64,000 nt of DNA from Octopus sinensis. Its lineage: Eukaryota. Of the stretch, positions 25,480 through 38,700 are shown piece after piece (within the stretch, counting starts at the first letter, position 1; the number at the start of each line of letters is the position of its first letter). Made by a program: the position numbers and the translations under genes. The stretch spans positions 116,002,001-116,066,000 of the forward strand of contig NC_043000.1 in assembly GCF_006345805.1 (NCBI RefSeq). Direction: 5' to 3'. The notes beneath the pieces are model-generated. The model was not told the origin of the DNA. It saw only the letters and a program-made list of their open reading frames with translations, and did not search any database.

Positions 25480-25960
25480 TACTTGGGCTCTTGCACGCGA
25501 TGAAGCATAGGTTATTGACGTCTTTCCTCCACTGGTCTCGATTCTGCGTTGTGTCATAGTGGTCGATAGGGGAGTCGAGCTTGCAATTCCATTTCGGATT
25601 TCGCTGAATCACGTAAGGCCCTCATCTCTGTCTCGTTGGCTTTAAATTGCCATCGATACTTTAGTAATTTTATTCTTTTCTTGATTGTAGTGTTGCCCCC
25701 CTACAAAACTCACTTTTATCTCTAGGAAGAGTTGGTCTGTATTATTCTGTTGATATATCCAACATGGGAGGACGTACGAACTTGTGTTCCGCTGATGTAG
25801 CTCTCGGATCATTTAAACATTCACGCCACCAAACTTCCACAATGAATTTGTGGTGGACAAAGCAGTACACACATTCCTTACTACACAGCAATTCTGTACT
25901 TGCGTATTTCCGCCCTACTCATACTTTTCCAACTTTTCCACGCACGTGCTGAGCTACAAG
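25480..25960 (-). mobile_element. RTE-like LINE 3' fragment
   Basis: Minus strand ..YDTTQNRDQWRKDVNNLCF resembles the RTE terminal motif AQDRxxWRxxV. Confidence 0.45.
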
Positions 25961-26589
25961 TGTTCAAAAGGAATATAATTAATGTCAATTTATTCCAATT
26001 TAATGGAAAACGTAGCATTCGCATAATTTAAGGATGGCACGAATTAATGGAAAGGGTAGTGTTTGCATTTTATTGAAGCTGGGAATCAAGATTTTCCCTA
26101 ACGGTTCTTGAATTGTTCCTGGGGTAGAGTGTATGTTAAGATCAATGGAAAGCAAATTTTCATTTTGTATTTATTTATATATTGTTATAGTTTTTCAGTA
26201 AATATATTTTTGTAGGTTTAGCATGACATACTGCGTATCCAGGAGTAGACGTGGGTATGTTGTTAAGAAGCTCGCTTTGCGACCATGAGATTTCAAGTTC
26301 AGTGCTGCCTCGTGGCACCTTGCGCAAGTGCCGCATACTATAATCTAAACAACCATTATCTTGTGAGTGGAAGTGGTAAATAGAAACTGTCCAGAATCCT
26401 GTCGTATATATCATACACATGTGTGTGTGTGTGGGTGGGGGGCATGCGTTTTTCGGTTCGTGTTTATTCCCTTTGTACCGCTTTAGAACCGGTGTTGCTT
26501 TGTTTCCATCTCCGTAATGTTTAGCGTAGGATACCTTACGCTGGACGTTAAAAGAAGAAAAGAGAAAAGAAAAGGAATCCCTAAACGTC

Positions 26590-26760
26590 CACATACCTAT
26601 TTCTTTACTACCCACAAGGGACTAAACACAGAGGGGACAAACAAGGACAGACAAACGGATTAAGTCGATTATATCGTCCCCAGTGCGTAACTGGTACTTA
26701 TTTAATCGACCCCGAAAGGATGAAAGGCAAAGTCGATCTCGGCGGAATTTGAACTCAGGC
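26590..26760 (-). mobile_element. SINE-A unit
   Basis: Near-consensus ~170-bp unit, as at 968-1156. Confidence 0.9.
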
Positions 26761-27268
26761 CAAACGTCCATATACCGTTAAGTCTGTGATATAACGTATT
26801 TTATAGGAATGCATCCGAAGCAACTTTTTCGCTGATTTGGAAACTAGAATACATTGTGAGAACAAATGCAACAAAAAACATAGCCATATTTGGCAGAATA
26901 TTTACGAGTGATACCACAACGGCCAAAAGTATTAGAGACGTGACAATGAAAAGAAAGAACAATTTTTCAACACCTTTTATCTATAATCTTGTAGATGTTT
27001 CACTTAATGGACTGCGTCCATGTTGAGGCATCGCTTTGAGAGGGTTTTAGTCGAAAACAAACCCCCGGACGCCTGGTAATGATCACGTTGATCTCTTTGA
27101 CGATGCGCCAAGTTGCGGGCATGTGAACAAAGTAACATCGGTTCTCAGGCGGTGGAAAGGGAAGAAATATGAAGAAAAAACACAAGTCCATAAACACGTG
27201 CGTATGATTACGACGGAATTCCACAATGTTTCCGTTTACTATATCCACTCAAAATAGATTGTTTGACT

Positions 27269-27664
27269 AAGGCGGTGAGCTGGCAGAAACGTTAGCACGC
27301 CGGACGAAATGCGTAGACGTATTTCATCTGCTGTTACGTTCTGAGTTCAAATTCCGCCGCGGTCGACTTTGCCCTTCATCCTTTCGAGGTCGATAAATTA
27401 AGTACCAGTTAGCCATTAGAGTAGATGTAATCGACTTAATCCGTTTGTCTGTCCTTGTTTGTCCTCTCTGTGTTTAGCCCCTTGTGGGTAGTAAAGAAAT
27501 AGGTATTTAGTCTGTCGTTACGTTCTGAGTTCTAATTCCACCGAGGTCGACCTTGCCTTTCATCCTTTCGTGATCGATAAATTAAGTACCATTTGCGTAC
27601 TGGGGTCGATCTAATCGACTGGCCCCCTCCCCCAAAATTTCAGGCCTTGTGCCTTGAGTAGAAG
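27269..27664 (+). mobile_element. SINE-A, head plus two body units
   Basis: AAGGCGGTGAGCTGGCAGAAACG head, with the tandem junction GAAATAGGTATTTAGTCTG at about 27500. Confidence 0.9.
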
Positions 27665-28430
27665 AAAAAATAGATTCGTCGACTGAAGTAGAAGGCATTT
27701 GCGCAAGGTGCCGCATAGTAAGATTGAACTCGAAACCTAATGGTTGGAAAGCGAATCTCTTAACCGCATAGCCAGACCTGCGCCTGGTTACACAGTGATA
27801 CCATGATACATCTACAAAAAGCGATTTACTGACAGTTTGTATAACAGTAAATAAATATATAACTAAAAATAATTTAATTGCTTTCCATCGTTCTTAGCAT
27901 ACAGTGTATAACAGAGCGGTCACTAAACAACAAGAACTATGAGAGACCCGTTAGTGAAAATCTTGATTTCCTGTGTGAATAAAATGCGAATACTACCCTT
28001 TCCATTAAATTATCAAGTAACCCCTAACTTGAAGGGAAGAATTAAAACTATTTGATTAAGTGAGGAATTAATTATCTGTTCTCGACACCAACACAGTTCA
28101 TACTTCGTTCTGTGAACTGAAGTCTGTCACATATCATGTCTGTAATATATATGATTTAGTACATATGAAGTAATACTTATGATTTATCTAATAGAGTTGG
28201 AATGTTCTGTGATTAGCCTGCAGATGACTTAACAGGAAACCAGATTACATCATCTGCATTCTGTAATCTGTCGTTTGACATTTTGTGATGTGATATAGCC
28301 TGATCAAATTTGAATGAAGGGAAGCCATTACGGGGCTTCCAAAATGTAATTATCGGTCCTTGGGTGAATCATTCTCTTGTAGTGCCTTATTATTTGACAC
28401 ACTCACCGGTTCGATTTCCACTCATTTTCT

Positions 28431-28673
28431 TACTCTTTTGCCCTTTTACTTGTTTCACTCATTTAACTGTGGCCATGCTGAAGCACCGCCTTTAGTCGAG
28501 CAAATCGATCCCATGACTTGTATTTTGTAAGCCTAGTACTTATTCTATCAGCCTCTTTTGCCGAACTGCTAAGTTACGGAGACGTAAACACATCAGCATC
28601 GGTTGACAAGCGATGTTGGGGGACAAACACAGACACACAAACACAAATAAACACAAACACACACATGCATATT

Positions 28674-28724
<51 letters not shown>

Positions 28725-28881
28725 CTACAGGCTTCTTTCAGTTTCCGTCTACCAAATCCACTCACAAGGCTTTGGTTAGCCCGAGGCTATAGTGGAAGAC
28801 ACTTGCCCAAGGAGCCACGCGGTGGGACTGAACCCGGAACCATGTGTTTCGTAAGCAAGCTACTTACCACACAGCCACTCC
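28431..28881 (-). mobile_element. SINE-B inserted in a fold-back element (host arms ~28345-28430 and ~28965-29070)
   Basis: Host arms CACACTCACCGGTTCGATTTCCACTC / GAGTGGAAATCGAAGCGGTGAGTGTG match the family at 61793-62015. Confidence 0.85.
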
Positions 28882-29152
28882 TAAATTTTCGTTGCGTAGG
28901 AAACATAAATTGGAAAAAATAAATTTTAAATAAATAGAAAAATAAAAAATAATTAAAATATTTCAGTAAATGAGTGGAAATCGAAGCGGTGAGTGTGTTA
29001 AATAATAATGCCCTAATAGAGAATGACTCTTCCCAGACATAATGAAATATGCCCCAACACACAAATTCCCCGCTACATTACAGGTACGTAAACAAACCAA
29101 CATAGGTTGATATTCAGAGGGGAGACGACAAACACACACACATACACACGCA

Positions 29153-29207
<55 letters not shown>

Positions 29208-30484
29208 CTTCGTGACGAGCATCTACGCAGTTATATCTTTCAAATTTACTCACAAGGCATCGGTCAGTCTGAGCTATATTCGGACATATTTACCCAAGGT
29301 ACCGCGCAGTGAGATTGACCTCCAAACTACGTGGTTTGCAAAGACAGCGTTTTAAGGAAACAGCCATATCAACAATATTAACATAAATACGATGGCGTCA
29401 AATTGGCAGAGTCGTTAACACGCTGGGCAGAATGCTTAGCGATATTTCGTTCGTATTTACGTTCTGGGTTCATATTCCACCGGAGTCGACTTTGCCTTTT
29501 ATCCTTACTCTGTCCAAAATATAAGTACCAGTTGAGCACTGGGGTCGATGTAATCACTATCTCAAAATTGCTGGCCTTGTGCTAAAGATTTTATATCTCT
29601 ATTAACATAAATACATATCGTCTTTCAATTGTCACAGAATATCAAACAAATGCGTAAACCATTGCCCCTTGTTAAGTTTAATAAACATAAAATACAAAAA
29701 TTCGAAAGTCTAGGATTAAAATTTTAGTTTCTTAAGGGAAAATGGTTGAAGACTCGAAACATACAAACGCAGGAAAGAAGGATTTTTTAAAAATCATTCA
29801 TTAGATTTTACATATTTCAACCATATTCTTTACTGACCGTTTAGTCGCACAAATATTGCTCATTTATCTAGAACGTAGAAAGGTGCATCTGCTACACATA
29901 CAAACATCCTACATCACTATCAGTTGACAGTAGGGTTATTACAACCAATAGATGTTAGCCACTTTCGAACCGATAGTTGTTGACAAACAACGGCAGTAAT
30001 TTTATTCAATTGAATGCACGTCATTGATTGGTTGAAATTACCGAAATACGAGAACTTTAACGTGGAATAACTTCGTAAATATAACTTTTTCTCAAAAATG
30101 CTGAGTAAAATATGTTTTATATGACACATTCTACCAGTGTCCAAAGTTTGAAAGTGTTTAGTTACAAAAAATTATTTTAAAAATCTGTAGGTCAAAAGGT
30201 AAAGGTCCGAGGTGAGTTCAGAACATCTCACTCTCTCTCCATTAGAGTGGTCGATTTCTCCATGTATAGCTTCAAGATTACAAGATTTAAATCTTGGTAA
30301 AATATGACTGACAGGCCACGAATTTTATATAGATACAGTTTAGTACAAGATGGATTGAATATGATTTTAAGCGAGGAATTTGGGAACTACGTTGGAATAA
30401 CAACAGCAAAGACGCTTAGAAAGCGTTAAGCAGTTTGTTTCTTCAGAGGAGCCAGAAAGGTGAAAGAGTTAAAGATAAAAAAAA

Positions 30485-30840
30485 TGGAAGCACTCCGTCG
30501 GTTACGACGACGAGGGTTCCGGTTGATCCGAATCAACGGAACAGCCTGCTCGTGAAATTAACGTGTAAGTGACTGAGCACTCTACAGACACGTGTACCCT
30601 TAACGTAGTTCTCGGGGATATTCAGCGTGACACAGAGAGTGACAAGGCCGGCCCTTTGAAATACAGGTACAACAGAAACAGGAAGTAAGAGTGAGAGATA
30701 GTTGTGGTGAAATAGTACAGCAGGGTTCACCTTTAGGTGTTTTCGCTCAATAAACACTCACAACGCCCGGTCTGGTAATCGAAACCGCGATCCTATGACC
30801 GCGAGTCCGCTGCCTTAACCACTGGGCCATTGCGCCTCCA
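30485..30840 (-). mobile_element. SINE-C, full length
   Basis: Minus-strand head GGAGGCGCAATGGCCCAGTGGTTAAGGCAGCGGACTCGCGGTC..GGTTTCGATT contains A and B boxes. Confidence 0.92.
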
Positions 30841-31574
30841 CAATTAAAGATAAAATGAGGTGGGAGAAACAAGGTGAGACAAGGTGAGAACACATTGCTG
30901 TGTTACTAAAATTTATGAGATTAGAGTGTTAATGTTATGAAACCAACGCCATTATTAAAATGTATAGTAACAGAGACGTATTAGACTCTGAGCAGTCCTC
31001 ATGATTTCAGAAATGAAATAATCTGGTTGTATGGAACAATTATGAAGGTATTATGTATATATGAATATATTTCTTTGTATAAATTTTCTCTTAACAGAAA
31101 CGTGTGTTCGCAGGTGTAAATATATACGTGCGCGAATATAAAGTCATGTTCAATTATTCAATGGAAAGCAATCAAGATGTAACATAAATTTCTAAAAGCC
31201 GGCCGATTACAATACAACAGCCATCCCAGAATTCACTCTTTCACGTTTAAAATACAACGCCCAACAATCAATAATGTTGAATGCAAACACGTCTTTCATT
31301 AGTGTTGTTTAATGAGGATAACGCTCTTTCTGTCTTTCACTAATACATTAACAGCTTCCTGTTGTAAATCCGACACAAGAAAAGCACAAATTACGCGTCA
31401 TTCATTGACTGATCAGAGGTTCCGGTAGATAATTTAAAAGGTTAACCGTTAATTACAAGCGTAATATTTACAGACCGATTTTTAACTTAACATGCTTCTT
31501 GGAAAACTATAAACATACACGCATGTGTACAACAACACCAACTCCAACACACATACACCTGAATATACATACAT

Positions 31575-31710
31575 GCATATATATATATATATATATATAT
31601 ATGTATTATATATGTATCTATATATATATATATATATATCTATATGTATATATATGTATATATATATATATTATATATATATATATAATATATATGTATA
31701 TATATATGTA

Positions 31711-31741
<31 letters not shown>

Positions 31742-31781
31742 GTATATATATATGTATCTATATATATGTATATATATTGTA

Positions 31782-31820
<39 letters not shown>

Positions 31821-31980
31821 CTATATATATATATATAATATATGTATATGTAATATATATATATATATATATATATGTATATGTATATATATATATGTAT
31901 CTATATATATATATATGTATATATATGTATCTACATGTATATATATATATATGTATATATATGTATATATGTATATATAT

Positions 31981-32015
<35 letters not shown>

Positions 32016-32035
32016 GAATACATGTATATGTATAT
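31575..32035. repeat. ~460-bp degenerate (TA)n tract
   Basis: Direct reading. Confidence 0.95.
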
Positions 32036-32112
32036 ATTGATAATTATGTGTGCTTTTATATGTATATGTACATTAATATGTATATGAGTGTGGATATATG
32101 TATGTATGTATA

Positions 32113-32343
32113 AAGGCGGCGAGCTGGCAGAAACGTTAGGGTGCCGGGCGAAATGCTTAGCGGTATTTCGTCTGCCGTTACGTTCTGAGTTCAAATTCCG
32201 CCGAGGTCGATTTGCCTTTCATCCTTTCGGGGTCGATAAATTAAGTACCAGTTTCGCACTGGGGTCGATGTAATCGACTTAATCCCTTTGTCTATCCTTG
32301 TTTGTTCCCTCTATGTTTAGCCCCTTGTGGGCAATAAAGAAAT
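32113..32343 (+). mobile_element. SINE-A, full monomer
   Basis: Near-consensus head, B box GAGTTCAAATTCC, body and tail. Confidence 0.92.
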
Positions 32344-33131
32344 ATATATGTATGTATATCTATATATATGTGAATGCAAATATAAATAATGTGTGTATAT
32401 ATATATCTATGTGTATATATATATATATATGTGTGTGTGTATATATATATCTGTGCGTGTGTATGTGTTTGCGCATGCTTGTAGGTACAGCTTGAGGATT
32501 TTAAACGGAGTGAGGAATATCAAGATGGAGTTACAAGTAGAGACATTGCGTGCTAAAAGTAGTTATATACAAACTTCTAGAACAACTTGAGAGGAGAAGC
32601 CGGAAAATATCAAATACAGAAACATTTAAAGGAAGCTGAACATAAAGGATATTCGTGTATAATGTCCTTAAAAGCATCGATCCATACAATATTACTTTAT
32701 TTAGCTTTTACCGGGTTCACAATATATCTAACTTTTACCTGAAAATTTCCAGGTGCGATAGGAGAAGTGAATATATTTTACACAATCACTCACGTGGAGC
32801 TTTAGCAAGTGAGAGAAAGTTTCGCTGCAAAGGTTTGCTATATTTAGTTTTATGTCTTAGGTACACCTGTGAATATTTGACCATAATGAAAATATCTTGA
32901 CATATCTATTATTTCCGTTTGTACTTCGTGACAACATTCTGCTATTTCTGGTGTTCTTATCCTTTCCTTCGTGATCGGAATTTCATGTGGTTTCCATTGT
33001 ACAGTCTTGGTTATAATAGTATTAAAGGCGAGTCTTCTTTTCGTATGAAATAATAGCGAATATGATTTAATATTCAGTAACACTGTTTCTTATAACACCT
33101 AAATGTTCACTTCAAAATAGTGTATACATCT

Positions 33132-33735
33132 AAGGCGGCGAGCTGGCAGAAACGTTAGCACGCCGGGCGAAATGCTTAGCGGTATTTCGTCTGCCGTTAC
33201 GATCTGAGTTCAAATTCCGCCCAGGTCGACTTTGCCTTTCATCTTTCCGGGGTCGATTAAATAAGTACCAGTTACTTAATCCGTTTGTCTATCCTTGTTT
33301 GTCCCCTCTATGTTTCGCTCCTTGTGGGCAATAAAGAAATAAGAATCGTTAGCACGCCAGGCGAAATTCTGCTAAGCATTTCACCTGTCTTAATGCTCTG
33401 AGTTCAAATTCCGCAAAGCTCGACTTTGGCTTTCACCATTACGGAGTCTACAAATTAAGTACCAGTTGCGTTTTGGGGTCAATGTGATCGACTTGCCCCC
33501 TCCCCCAAAATTTCGGGCCTTTTGTCTAGAGTAGGAAAAAAAAATAATGTATACATCTATATTACTGGTTTCAAATTTTGGCACAAAGCCAAAAAATCCG
33601 GGGAAGCGGGTAAGGCGATTACATCGACCCCAGTGCTCAACTGGTACTTATTTTATCGATGAAAGGCAATTCGACCACGGCGGAATTTGAACTCGGGGAA
33701 ATAACACGGACAAAATTCCGCTAAGCATCTTAACT
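33132..33735. mobile_element. SINE-A cluster: two + copies, then one - copy
   Basis: 33132-33343 (+), about 33344-33535 (+) and about 33570-33735 (-). Confidence 0.85.
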
Positions 33736-35380
33736 GGCACCTGCCGGCTGAGCGTCTTGTGCGCCTATATGATTATACATATGTATATGTTCACACATAT
33801 ACGCACGCACACACGCTCATACATACAAACATACACGCATACGGATTGAGTAGCTGTTCGCAGACTCTGACATATTTTCTGTTATTTTATTCTATACTGT
33901 TTGTATATAATGAGCTTCCTGCAATGAGGGGGGACGAGGATCTGGGTTTTCTTCATTTCGTTTCTTTTCTCGCGTTCCATTTGTTGTACTCTTTCGCCAC
34001 AAATTTCTTTCACTCTTTTTTTCTGTTGGCCTGCTCGCTTAGCCAACGGGGTGGCGTCATTTCAAGGCTAAAACAATGCGAAGCGCATTGTGACCAGCGA
34101 TGTGTAGCAACATCTGATAGCCTGGTCGGTCACGGTGATCACGGTGTTATAAATGTACAAACAATATAAATGTACAAACAAAACGATAGCATTCTATACA
34201 GTTTCCCTTCCATCAAAACACACTCAGGGTCTATCATAGATGATACTTGCCCAAGGTGCTGCACAGAGAGTCCTAACTCGGAAACACAGGCTACACAGTG
34301 AGATTCTACATATTAGCCCTGCCTTGTCCATTGGACCTAGAAGCGTTTTTGCAACGAAGATCCATTTTTTTCGCTTCCTTATAGACTCTCTGTATGAACT
34401 ATCATATGATTCCATTTAGGCATTTGTTTGCTTGTTTAAAGAAAAATAGGATCTAATCTGAGAAAAATTTGGCTGCTAAACTTGGCACATCTCATAAACA
34501 CGTTGAAACTGCTTCAAAAAAATATCTTTCCTGTACTGAAAGACATTGTACAGCTTTCTCAAAATAAGAGATCAATATTGACTTCAGATTTTGGCGCAAG
34601 TGCAACAATATATGACTAATTCACATAGGCACACGCTCACAGAGAGTTAGACTGACAGATGCACACACAAACACACACATGTTTGTGCAGGTGTGTATAT
34701 AAATTGTTGTTTACAGTGTGACTCGAAGTAGGTGAAACTACGTAGATATTTGGTATAAAAAAAGGCTTTGCATAGAAAATATCAGCCTTCGAACTGTTTC
34801 TAGCCAATTAGGTTTTCAGCCGAGGATTTATTCTACACGCTATTATCTATAGTTCTATCTGCTTCGAGTTCCAACTTTACAAACGAATTTTTTCACAACC
34901 CTCAGAGTTTTTAAATTCTTCTTTCGTAAACAATGCGTGTTTGTGTGTGTGAGAGAGAGAGAGAGAAGGGGAAGGAGAAAGAGAGGGAGAGAGAGAGCAA
35001 GCGTAGGTGTGTGTGTGTGTGTGGACTTGTATATGTCTGGAGTATTAGTAAAATTCTATTAGATATATAGGTAAATAAAGTGGGAAGAAGAAGAAGGAAA
35101 GAGAGAGAGAGAGAAGCGGGAGAGAACAAGGGATGGAAGAAAACAACTCAGATTTTATATGGACATTTGGTTATAAAAGAAATCAATTGAACTATATTTT
35201 CACTTTATCATATTAAAATAAGCAATAATTGGCAGGCAAAGATGCCATTTAAAACGATACATTTATTTAGACACCAATAAAAGAACTGTAGACATATAAA
35301 AGGATATCAAATCCAGTAATATTATTGCGAATTACAATAAGGAGAATAAATTGTAGTGCTAAAATGTGCCAATACATATA

Positions 35381-35760
35381 GGCGCAGGAGTGGCTGTGTG
35401 GTAAGTAGCTTGCTTACTAACCACATGGTTCCGGGTTCAGACCCACAGCGTGGCACCTTGGACAAGTGACTTCTATTATAGCCTCGGGCCGACTAAAGCC
35501 TTGTGAGCGGATTTGGTAGACGGAAACTGAAAGAAGCCCGTCGTATATATGTATATATATATGTATGTGTTTTTCCCCACCCAACATCACTTGACAACCG
35601 ATGCTGGTGTGTTCACGTCCCCATAATTTAGCGGTCGGCAAAAGAGACCGATAGAATAAGTACTGGGTTTACAAAGAATAAGTCTTGGGGTCGACTAAAA
35701 GGTGGTGCTCCAGCATGGCCGCAGTCAAATGACTGAAACAAGTAAAAGAGTAAAGAGAGT
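35381..35760 (+). mobile_element. SINE-B, full length
   Basis: Runs from the GGCGCAGGAGTGGCTGTGTGGTAAG head to the GTAAAAGAGT tail. Confidence 0.92.
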
Positions 35761-35930
35761 CCAGTATTAACAGTGTTAGAGATTAGTGGTGAATGTGAAA
35801 CAACAACGGGAACCGACCTTCGGAAAGTGGTGACAGACTTAACACTGAAACAACGAATTTTTAGTTTTTGAAACACTGTAGTAGTGTGAAATGGGCCTCA
35901 AAAATTTCTCTCACGTCTATATATTGACGT

Positions 35931-36147
35931 GGAGGCACATGGTCTAGTGGTTAGAGCAGCTTATTCACGGTCGAGGGATCGCGGGTTCGAATCTCAGACC
36001 GGACAATGTGTGTGTTTATGAGCGAAACACCTAAGCTACACGCGGCTCCGGCAGAAGTTAATGGCGAACTTCTGCTGACTCTTTCGCCACAACTTTCTCT
36101 CACTCTTCCCCCCTGCATCTTGCAGTTCACCTGCGAGGGACCGGCGT
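35931..36147 (+). mobile_element. SINE-C-related element (tRNA head, short 3' end)
   Basis: GGAGGCACATGGTCTAGTGGTTAG..GGGTTCGAATCTC head. Confidence 0.8.
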
Positions 36148-36161
36148 AAATGATATTTATT

Positions 36162-36281
36162 TGTTTAAGGGTTGTACTGGATAAATTGTGAAAATTACTC
36201 TAACAGCTCAAATACTAAGATATCTTAGTATTTGAGCTGTTAGAGTTATTTTCGCAATTTATCCAGTACAACCTTTAAACA
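36162..36281. repeat. 120-bp spacerless palindrome
   Basis: 60-bp arms centred on GAT|ATC with 3 mismatches. Confidence 0.95.
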
Positions 36282-37572
36282 GGTAAATAGTATTTTCCTA
36301 AACAGTAGATCCACTTAGTTCGGTTAGTGATTTATTCACGAATAAAGCAACACTAGCGCCTCTGAGGGTAATATTCTCTGGGAACGCACAAAAGTCCTTT
36401 TCAGAGTTATTTACTTTGAATTGTTATTATCTCATATCTGAATAACCTGTTATTTCGTAACATGCTTCACGATTTTAGTATATATACCTTATTAGTATTT
36501 CCTCCTATGTTCTATATATTCTGGGAACGCATTGAAGCCCTTTTTGTGGGTTACTTTATTTGAATTCTTACTATCGGGTAACTAATTTCATGTTATTACA
36601 TAACTGTCTTCACAATTTGGGTATTCATAACTTACTGGAGATTCCTAAAAACAAGATCCTGTGTAACACAGTTCGGTATTCTCTGTAAATGTACAAAAAC
36701 TTCTTTAATGTCTACATACTTCGTATTGTTGTTAGTGGATGAGCGAAACAATTATGAAAATGGAACCAAGTGATAAGCCCCGCTTTCTCGGAAATTACCT
36801 GGTACTTCAACCAGTATATACACATAGCTTCTTTCAGTTTCTGTGTAACATATCCACTCATAAGGCTTTGGTCAGCCCAAGGCTTTAGACGTTTTCCTAT
36901 GGTGCGACGCAGTGGTCTGAGCCCGGAACAATGTACTTGGCAAGCAAACTTTTTACCACAGAGCCACTTGGGTAAGTTTCTTCTACTATAGAAATTGAAG
37001 GGAGTCCGTAGTATATATATGTGTGTGTGGTGTATGTGTATATTTGGGTCTATGTTTGTTCCCTAACCCTGCTTGACAAACGGTTCAGCAAACGAAACAA
37101 ATAGAATAAGTTCCAGGTTAAAAAAAATAAGTGCTGGAGTCGATTCATTCGGCTAAAAATATTTTTGAAGGCTGTGCTCCAGCGTGGTAGCGGTCTAACA
37201 ACTGAAACATATGAGGGATGAAAAATAAATGATAAAGAGCTTCGTGGAATTTATATGTCGAGGGTGCCTCATACTGACGAGAAAAATATTATTTTGAAAC
37301 ACCGGGTGTCACAGAGATGTTTGCACTCATGAATCGAGTGAATTATGAACACATATTTGTCGCAAAGTACAAGTTTGTTCTCTTGTTACGAAACACCTCA
37401 GCAATTAGCATATTCACATTCGAATCTGTCAACGTGGATCAAGAATGAATATGTTAGTCCACATCGTCATAAAATATAAAAACTTGCAGCAACAACACGA
37501 CTAGAAATCCTTGGTGATCATTATTTACATTATTTACATTTGACGGATATTTATCTCATCTTCTTTGCTGTT

Positions 37573-37618
37573 AACACAACATTTCGGCTGATATACCATC
37601 CAGCCTTCATCAGATGTC
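37573..37618 (-). ncRNA. Minimal HHR (same family as 62618)
   Basis: Minus strand: GACAU CUGAUGA A GGCUG N10 CAGCC GAAAU GUU GUGUU, within an element fragment at about 37521-37635. Confidence 0.7.
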
Positions 37619-37979
37619 TTGGTGGAATTTCGAACCAGCTATCGCTTACTGATATACATTAAGCGGAATCTTTTCTAGTGGAACCAATCCCATTGCAGAT
37701 AGTATTTTAATGCAACATAAATTTTCTGAGAACCGTCACAGTCACAGTAAAGTTTTGAGACACTTTCTTATCAATGACTTTTAAAAATTCCTGTCTTATA
37801 ACAATACAAGTTAAGTATGATTACAGCTTCATATATTGCGGTTAAAAGAGATTCCTTAATGTACAGGTTGTGTCTAGAAAGATGAAAAGATATTATGATG
37901 ATCTCCGTTTAACCTATCTGTATCCATGTATGTATATATGTATGTATGTGTGTGTATGCATGTATGTATGTATCTGTCT

Positions 37980-38010
37980 ATCTAGTTGCCTACTTACCCA
38001 CCCACACACA

Positions 38011-38105
<95 letters not shown>

Positions 38106-38142
38106 AATCTATATCTATCTATCTATCATCTATCTATCTATA

Positions 38143-38189
<47 letters not shown>

Positions 38190-38232
38190 ATCTATCTATC
38201 TCTCTATCTATCTATCTATCTATCTATCTTCT

Positions 38233-38268
<36 letters not shown>

Positions 38269-38296
38269 CTATCTATCTATCTATCTATCTATCTAT

Positions 38297-38343
<47 letters not shown>

Positions 38344-38386
38344 CTATCTATCAATCTATCTCTATCTATCAATCTATATCTATCTA

Positions 38387-38421
<35 letters not shown>

Positions 38422-38647
38422 GTATCTATCTATCTATCTGTCTATCTATCTATCTGTCTATCTATCTATCTATCTCTCTATCTATCTATCTGTCTATCTA
38501 TCTATCTGTCTGTCTGTCTGTCTGTCTGTCTTCTATCTATCTGTCTGTCTCTCTCTCTCTGTCTGTCTGTCTTTCTATCTATCTGTCTGTCTCTCTCTAT
38601 CTGTCTGTCTGTCTCTCTCTCTCTGTCTGTCTCTCTCTCTCTGTCTG

Positions 38648-38678
<31 letters not shown>

Positions 38679-38700
38679 GTGTGTCTGTCTTCACTTTCTC
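37980..38700. repeat. ~720-bp (ATCT)n grading into (GTCT)n/(CT)n
   Basis: Direct reading. It explains the SIYL-repeat ORFs. Confidence 0.95.

Noticed and set aside
31499-32017. YI-repeat ORFs here and at about 8149, 9770, 11835, 20685 and 52162
   Set aside because: (TA)n/(TG)n microsatellite artefacts.
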